Below, piece after piece: positions 1 to 12,658 of a stretch of 12,658 nt of DNA. A program made the position numbers and the translations under genes. Every line of letters begins with the position of its first letter. Position 1 is the first letter of the stretch. Source of the DNA: a bacterium (GTDB lineage: Bacteria > SAR324 > NAC60-12); assembly GCA_965233585.1 (NCBI GenBank), contig CBDDTI010000086.1, positions 1 to 12,658 of the forward strand, given 5' to 3'. Under the pieces are notes generated by a model. The model was given only the letters and a program-made list of their open reading frames with translations. It was not told where the DNA came from and made no database searches.

Positions 1-146
1 AACATGGCGGTCGCGAGGGCAGATCTCATCGGTTCTACTTCAACTTTTACTCTTTGCATTCAGTAACAGCAAATTTGGGAGACACGGGAAATGATCTGTT
101 ACAAACAGCAGTGATAAACATATTGAACTTGCACATTTTGATTATG

Positions 147-187
147 ACTTGACGTTTCGTATGTACTCTACATACATTTTCAAAAGT
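147..187 (-). ncRNA. Second copy of the minimal hammerhead motif in the left inverted arm
   Basis: Exact reverse complement of 748-788. Confidence 0.72.
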
Positions 188-296
188 AACCGTTGAAATT
201 TAAAACAGCTATTTATATATATATATATATTACAAAGGTGAGGGGACTGGAACCTAGATTAAGCAAATACTTAACAGTAAAATAAAACAGAACAGA

Positions 297-485
297 TTAA
301 TAAAGCATCAACTTTTCATTTCCGACGTTGACATTGAAAGCTGGCTCAAGTTCTTGAATATATAAGGTCTCTTTTATTTTACAATGATAGTCTGTTTTGC
401 CCTTCGCTAAAATATCAAAATGATCCCACTTGATGTTGTGTCCAGTGGCCTTGACGTGGTCAGCAATGGCTGAAGTATTGTCAGT
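297..485 (-). pseudogene. C-terminal fragment of PLE GIY-YIG endonuclease (left copy): TDNTSAIADHVKATGHNIKWDHFDILAKGKTDYHCKIKETLYIQELEPAFNVNVGNEKLMLY*
   Basis: Open frame ending in TAA at 299-297; SAIxxH..TGH..W..F.IL....IKExLxI....PxxN is the typical PLE GIY-YIG C-terminal pattern; no start codon. Confidence 0.85.
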
Positions 486-501
486 TGTGAACGATTAATA
501 C

Positions 502-636
502 AAGTGGGATCATTTTGATATTTTAGCGAAGGGCAAAACAGACTATCATTGTAAAATAAAAGAGACCTTATATATTCAAGAACTTGAGCCAGCTTTCAAT
601 GTCAACGTCGGAAATGAAAAGTTGATGCTTTATTAA
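502..636 (+). pseudogene. C-terminal fragment of PLE GIY-YIG endonuclease (right copy): KWDHFDILAKGKTDYHCKIKETLYIQELEPAFNVNVGNEKLMLY*
   Basis: Inverted duplicate of the left copy, truncated further 3'; TAA at 634-636. Confidence 0.85.
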
Positions 637-747
637 TCTGTTCTGTTTTATTTTACTGTTAAGTATTTGCTTAATCTAGGTTCCAGTCCCCTCACCTTTG
701 TAATATATATATATATATATAAATAGCTGTTTTAAATTTCAACGGTT

Positions 748-788
748 ACTTTTGAAAATGTATGTAGAGTACATACGAAACGTCAAGT
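748..788 (+). ncRNA. Minimal type I hammerhead ribozyme motif (PLE-associated, U3-A8 core variant)
   Basis: Stem I ACUU(748-751)/AAGU(785-788); core UUGAAAA (752-758) plus extra U759; stem II GUAUGUA(760-766)/UACAUAC(770-776); GAAA (777-780); palindromic ACGU stem III; GUC cleavage triplet ending at 784. Confidence 0.75.
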
Positions 789-1202
789 CATAATCAAAAT
801 GTGCAAGTTCAATATGTTTATCACTGCTGTTTGTGTCTTATTTTTGATCAAATTACGATGGCCCAAGAACAAAAGTATTTATGATCTGTTACGTTTTGGC
901 AATGGGAAAACAACGCCTAAGACCGCACGTGGTTGTGGGATACGGCATTAAAATTTTCTGGCCGGGCCTTTTCATTACGTCACCAGATTACCTGGATATT
1001 CCGCGAGATTGAGCAGGGTAATTGTTTTATTATTCAACAAATTGATAACAAAACTCGTAACATTTTTAAATCTTTCTGTCGACATTTTTTCACTTCACTT
1101 TTTCTTCCCACGTACGAAGTTACGTATACCGCCGGATATCTGTTACCTACGGATGACAGATATCGAGAGCATCATGACCATATTTGGATAGTGTTACAAT
1201 TT

Positions 1203-1452
1203 GGATCCACGAGGCGATAGCCGAGTGGATCCGCAGACTGCTTTGACGATGTTATGACGAAATTAATTGTTTATAACAGGACAGACGCATGAAACACTGA
1301 CGTCCATTTGTTTTTTACGATAACAAACTGTCAAATTTTCCGCTCTCGCTCGTTACTGCATAGCATAAATTATAAATTCATGTGTCTGTCCGCTTGCTGA
1401 CGATAAAAATTAGCCAATGAGCGCGCGAAAACTTGTGCTGTTATCGTAAAAA
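1203..1452. repeat. Part of an unclassified interspersed repeat with a hairpin and interleaved inverted repeats
   Basis: Hairpin GGATCCAC-GA-GGC-GATA-GCC-GA-GTGGATCC (1203-1232); inverted repeats 1279-1293/1377-1391 and 1312-1325/1439-1452; outer boundaries uncertain. Confidence 0.5.
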
Positions 1453-1625
1453 GAACTTTGGATCGACCGTAACTCAACCCCCTGTAAGCACGTGATTAGG
1501 CATCATGACAACGAGAGCCATTGAGTCGTCCATCAAATATAGCAAACTTAGTTTTGAATTTTGTAACAAGTTAGATATAGAAATATTTTCAAAACTTCTC
1601 CCTCGTGACCAAGAAAAGAATTTAA

Positions 1626-2429
1626 GGTGGCCGAATAATCTCGTTCCCAGATCTCTTCGGCTTCGTCCACAAGAGATCTGGGAACGAGATTAGTGACCGA
1701 ACACAGTTTTCGCGCGCGCGTTCTTGCTGATGCGATTCAGCGCGCGCACAAGGATTGCAAAAACAAACATGTCGTCGATGCGATCATTTTGTTTGCTAAA
1801 TGCCCGCTCTAACTTTGATGTTTATCTTCCTAATTGAACGCAGTGTGTTGATGGTTTTAGTCTTTATAACAAAGGTGTGTTAGAAAAGGTAACGGCTCGA
1901 AGAACGCAGCAATTCTCGGATTTTTCTACATTATCGAAAGGACCGTCGAAAGAACCCAGTTAAATGCAGCGTATGCGCGGTTGCTCTAAAAATTGAGAAC
2001 GATTGCTTTTGCGGAAACTTGCCGATTTCTAACGATGCACTCGTTCGAAGATCAAGAAATTTGGTAAAAAGGTAGTTCAGAAACCAAGTGAATGATCTAT
2101 CACGAAAAATATGAATTTTGACGCAGGGAACTTTTAATAATACAGAAAAAGATTTACGGCGAATTACGAAAAACGCCTATGTCAAAATTGTATTAGAACA
2201 GTGTTGAAAGAAGGGATTTTATGTGAATTTGAAGTGAAAAAATCTAACCACTGGATTTTTTTTTTAAATAAACAAAAACCATTTTTAAGTCTTGTTTTTA
2301 ACCAGCTCCATTGCCATGGCAACAGCACACACTCTAGCCAAAATGCGAGAAAATACTTCTGTGGTTAACCTTGACTCTTGCAAAAAACGGGCGCCAAAAC
2401 ATCAATATTTAATGGTGAATTAGGCCACC
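1626..2429. mobile_element. Non-autonomous Kolobok-like DNA transposon
   Basis: TTAA on both sides (1622-1625, 2430-2433); termini GGTGGCCGAA ... TTAGGCCACC; TTAA duplication with RR termini fits Kolobok; no transposase ORF. Confidence 0.65.
1636..1692. mobile_element. 57-bp hairpin MITE nested in the Kolobok-like left terminus
   Basis: Perfect 22-bp arms TAATCTCGTTCCCAGATCTCTT (1636-1657 / 1671-1692); 9-bp flanking repeat GTGGCCGAA (1627-1635) / GTGACCGAA (1693-1701). Confidence 0.8.
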
Positions 2430-2449
2430 TTAAGCAGTCAACAAGAATC

Positions 2450-2618
2450 CATCCTCGGAGAACCAGGGGCAGTCAATGGGGGCGGGAAAAAGTCTAAACG
2501 GGCAAGAAAAAAATTCGGGCGAAGAAAGGTCAAAAGTTTTTTTTCGCACAGAATTTTTTTTCTCGCCCTTTTAGACTTTTCCCCGCCCCAACTAACTGCC
2601 CCTGGGTCTCCGAGGATG
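2450..2618. mobile_element. Fold-back MITE (169 bp)
   Basis: Long imperfect TIRs CATCCTCGGAGAaCCAGGGGCAGT... / ...ACTGCCCCTGGGTCTCCGAGGATG pairing over about 70 bp; degenerate 9-bp flanks ACAAGAATC/ACAAGCACA. Confidence 0.8.
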
Positions 2619-3180
2619 ACAAGCACAACCCCAGTTGAACTCAGAGACTTTAGGAGAAGGGAACAAGCGGAAATGTGACATGGTGTTCATATCTTTTAGA
2701 AATACACCTTGATCAGAAATGCCTGTTCGTTGTTTAGGTCTGCTGTCATGAACCTTTCTAGAACCTCTAATTTCATTGAATCTTGTTAGCACGAAGCTCT
2801 ATTGTTTTAGGGCTAGGGTCCATTGCTACTATTGTTTCTAAATCATTTTCTCAGCCAATCCTGTGAGACATTTCGAAGAGCTTTGTGGCCGTTCAGGTTG
2901 GGCAAATCTCTGCATGTGCGTTAAACCAACAAACTTGCACCACTGCATTTCAAAGTTACTCTAATCTAGAAAAATTGAGAAGTGTGATTTAGCTACTGCA
3001 GCGTTTGTGCGAGTCCCTACCTTTAAAAGAGTACAGTAAACAAATACACAACTTCACACATAAACCCTTTTCTCATAAGTAGAGTATTTACAATGCTAGC
3101 AGATCAAAATATGTCATTTAAGATGTTCGTTTGTTACATCAAGTAAACAATCTTTGATTTTCTTTGCGGAGCTCTTTGGA

Positions 3181-3218
3181 GAAAAACACCACGGTTGAAC
3201 TCTCCGCTTTCGTTTATT
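3181..3218 (-). terminator. Probable ISY1 polyadenylation signal with downstream GU-rich element
   Basis: Minus strand reads AATAAA (3218-3213), about 20 nt containing a CA, then GTGGTGTTTTTC (3192-3181); about 430 nt after the stop codon. Confidence 0.6.
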
Positions 3219-3435
3219 AGGTAAAGGATGAAGACTTCTTGAAGCACAAATCGACTTCCCTGAGTAAGGAAGATCTCAGTTCAGGAAGTTAGAATTCAAG
3301 GATTCTGAACAGAGAAGAAATGAGGGAATTCAGAACTAGATGGAAACTCAGTTTTCAGTAACACTTTACAGTTGTGGCTGGCTGCGTAGATCAGAATTAG
3401 ACTCTGAATTCTTGCTTAATAACGCCACGATAATA

Positions 3436-3615
3436 CAGCCTCGCTTCCGTCAGCGGCCTCGCTTCCGTAAGAGTGAAGAAACATCGTAGGAACGAGGCTG
3501 CCACCGTGCGCAGGTCCAGCTGTTCTTCGTAACCATCCTAACTTCGTTTGACGTAATTTGATACGCCATCTTGAGTCCAGCTTCTCAGAGAAGACCTGGG
3601 CTGGAAGCGATGGTG
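3436..3615. mobile_element. Possible MITE-like element in the ISY1 3' UTR
   Basis: Imperfect TIRs CAGCCTCGCTTCC (3436-3448) / GGAAGCGATGGTG (3603-3615), 11/13; internal copies of the motif at 3456-3468 (direct) and 3489-3500 (inverted); no clear TSD. Confidence 0.45.
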
Positions 3616-3648
3616 TGCAGTATATAAGGTATGTACGCATGCACGCTG

Positions 3649-10444
<6,796 letters not shown>

Positions 10445-11025
10445 CTGTGAATTAATCAAGCATACCGTTTTGAGCAATATATTTATTGGATGAAATTGAA
10501 CAACCTGTAGTAGGCAAAATATATTTTACTAAAACCAATTGAAGGCTTCGGTGGAAAAAGGGCGGTAGGATTTTTACTCAAAATTGAACTTTGTCGAAAA
10601 CGCTCCAAATTTCGCATGCAGTTTTGTTTAGGTGCGTTAAACAATGTTCTGTATGTTTTTTTGCTGAAGTTTTCTTCGTTTACGAGATATTACGTATGCA
10701 AAAAAGCCTGTATTTGTGGTCTCATCAGCACGTGACCGGAAAGACGGTAATTTCACTTAAAATCCAGCAAAATATTGATCTTTTGCAGCGTGTAACCTTA
10801 AAAAGTGCTGATTTTGGGGTAAAACCGTTACAATTTTGATTTCACGTTAACGTGCGACCGCAAAGACGTTAATTTCACTCAAATTACTGCTCAAAACTAG
10901 GGTTAGCACTGAAAGTTAGGGTTACGGAACAAGGTTAGGGTTACAGTTAAGATCAGCATACGTTAGGGTTAGCGCTGTGTTAGACCACGGACGGACTTTG
11001 ATTTCACTTAGAAAACAGTGTAAAG

Positions 11026-11635
11026 TTCATTTCACGCAGCGCGTAAGCTCAAAAACCTAGATTTCAGGTCAAAATAGGTTAGAATGTAGATTTTACGTTA
11101 ACGCCTGACGGCAAGGCTGTTGATTTGACTTAAAAACGAACAAAATCTTCATTTCACGCAGCGCCTAAGCTCAAAATCCGAGATTTGAGGTCAAAATAGG
11201 TTAGAATGTTGATTTCACGTTAAGGCTTGACGGCAAGGCTGTTGATTTGACTTAAAAACGAACAAAATCTTCATTTCACGCTGCGCCTAAGCTCAAAATC
11301 CGAGATTTCAGGTCAAAATAGGTTAGAATGTTGATTTCACGTTAAGGCTTGACGGCAAGGCTGTTGATTTGACTTCAAAACAAACAAAATCTTTATTTCA
11401 CGCAGCGCGTAAGCTCAAAAACCTCGATTTCAGGTCAAAATAGGCTAGAATGTTGATTTCACGTTAAGGCCTGACGGCAAGGCCGTTGATTTGACTTAAA
11501 AATGAGAAAAATCTTCATTTCATGCAGCGCGTAAGTTAAAAACCTCGATTTCAGGTCAAAATAGGTTAGAATGTGTATTTCACTTGAACGTGTGAGAGCA
11601 AGGATGTTGACTTCAGTTAGGAAACAACAAAATGT
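11026..11635 (+). repeat. 122-bp tandem repeat, about 5 homogeneous copies, with diverged copies at about 10730-10897
   Basis: The TTCACG/TTCATG anchor recurs at 11031, 11153, 11275, 11397 and 11519 (period 122); the last unit diverges after about 11575. Confidence 0.92.
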
Positions 11636-12658
11636 TAACTATCTGCAACGTATAACCCTTCTGTGCCGCAACATACAGGTCTCCATACATCTGCACGGCC
11701 GCTGATCCCAGAAGTTTCAAACACTGCAAATCGTGCCGATTTGAAATTAAATCAACGCAACCTGGATCACAGATCTATGTTTCAATCGATCGCTTCTTGT
11801 TGGCCATTATTAGTTGAAATAAAAAAGGAAAAAACAAGCTCTGTAATTAGTTTAACTTTGTCTTGTCTTGTCCTGTCTTGTCTCTTGTCCTGCAGAATGT
11901 GATCGCAATGCATGCCGGGAAGGTTCTTTATTCCTCGTGTGCGGGTAAACATGGCGCTCGATACAAGACAAATTTTATAAGTCTAAAAGCAGTTCTCGCT
12001 TTCCAAACTTTGATGCTAGCAACGCTTGGCAAATGGGCCACAACTCACGACAGGGTTATTTTCTTGGGCAAGAACTGCTCTTGGACTTTGCTGTCTGGAT
12101 CGACCTGACTTCAAACGCCGATAACTCGCTTATATCACCGAGTTGCGTTCGAAGTTACAGAGCACATTTTGCTTCTTTAAAACGTGTTGACGACTTACGG
12201 GTTTATCAAGGCTTCATGATGCCTTTCAACCACCAGGCAGGCTACAAGGTACTTAAAAACAATGCTTAAGAGCAGTTTGCTGTAAGGATCAACTAAGGTC
12301 ATGCAATATAGAAAAAACCGATTTTCCCAAACTTTGCCAGAACAAAGGCCTAGGTAAACTAGTTATAAAAATATAAGTTTCAGGTCGTTTAGATTTTTAT
12401 TTATTTTTTTGGAATTTTTTTTGTATTTTGCGCTCTTGGCGGCCTAAATTGACATCGAAATCGAGCATTTTCCGGAAGCTCCCGTTTAAAAAGTAGAAGT
12501 GTTGTACAAAAGATCAACCCAGGATATCAAAAGACCTTATTTCTTCTGCTTATTGCCGGTGAAAAATTTGAAAGGGAGTTGAACCTGAATTTTTGACGAA
12601 TTTTTTATATTTATGCTTCGCGACTGAGGTCACCAACTCTGAATTTGGACGAAATTCA

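Larger units (their letters stand above)
101..880. mobile_element. 5'-truncated Penelope-like retroelement (GIY-YIG type) inserted as an inverted pair of 3' ends
   Basis: Arms 101-432 and 501-834 are reverse complements, differing only by (AT)8 vs (AT)9. Both encode an endonuclease C-terminus plus 3' UTR. ATGATCTGTT(AC) is duplicated at 91-102 and 881-892 (target-site duplication). Inverted terminal copies are an established Penelope configuration. Confidence 0.88.

Noticed and set aside
2630..3030. Short protein-like minus-strand stretches (e.g. LEVLERFMTADLNNEQAFLIKVYF)
   Set aside because: Frames are interrupted by stops and I cannot assign them to a family; a translated homology search would be needed.
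3221..3292. Possible plus-strand terminal exon VKDEDFLKHKSTSLSKEDLSSGS* after a pyrimidine tract and AG
   Set aside because: No upstream plus-strand exons were found, and the apparent acceptor is better explained as the complement of the ISY1 AATAAA signal.
10445..10500. IAQN(G) followed by GTATG on the minus strand as the preceding ISY1 exon
   Set aside because: It would need an intron of about 20 nt, read-through hits an in-frame TAA, and the upstream residues do not match ISY1; the true exon must lie beyond the window.
11026..11635. CRISPR array
   Set aside because: Units are contiguous with no unique spacers, there are no cas genes, and the context is a eukaryotic intron.
11663..12269. 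Three consecutive plus-strand ORFs and a pyrimidine tract ending in CAG near 11895 as a transposase or nested gene
   Set aside because: No recognisable motifs in any frame; the tract is a (TTGTC)n-like simple repeat.

Overview
Eukaryotic, AT-rich, repeat-dense genomic DNA. The repeat types suggest a cnidarian/coral or similar marine invertebrate (inference). The only host gene I can support is the 3' part of ISY1 (pre-mRNA splicing factor, NTC/Prp19 complex) on the minus strand. It has eight GT-AG-bounded coding exons (10444-10332, 9925-9864, 8390-8335, 7259-7137, 5951-5842, 4397-4311, 3850-3818, 3723-3649) that splice in frame, and a likely poly(A) signal at 3218-3213; the N-terminal exons lie beyond the right edge. 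The most striking non-genic structure is at 91-892. It is a young, 5'-truncated Penelope-like retroelement inserted as a near-perfect 332/334-bp inverted pair flanked by a 10-12-bp target-site duplication. Each arm encodes the C-terminus of a GIY-YIG endonuclease and carries a minimal hammerhead-ribozyme motif with a non-canonical UUGAAAA (U3-A8) core. The rest is a patchwork of non-autonomous DNA elements (Kolobok-like, several MITEs, a Helentron/DINE-1-like element), a decayed L2/Crack-type LINE end, ATT microsatellites and a 122-bp tandem repeat. A candidate 19-nt frameshifting (poison) microexon lies inside ISY1. None of the supplied ORFs is a real gene as called.
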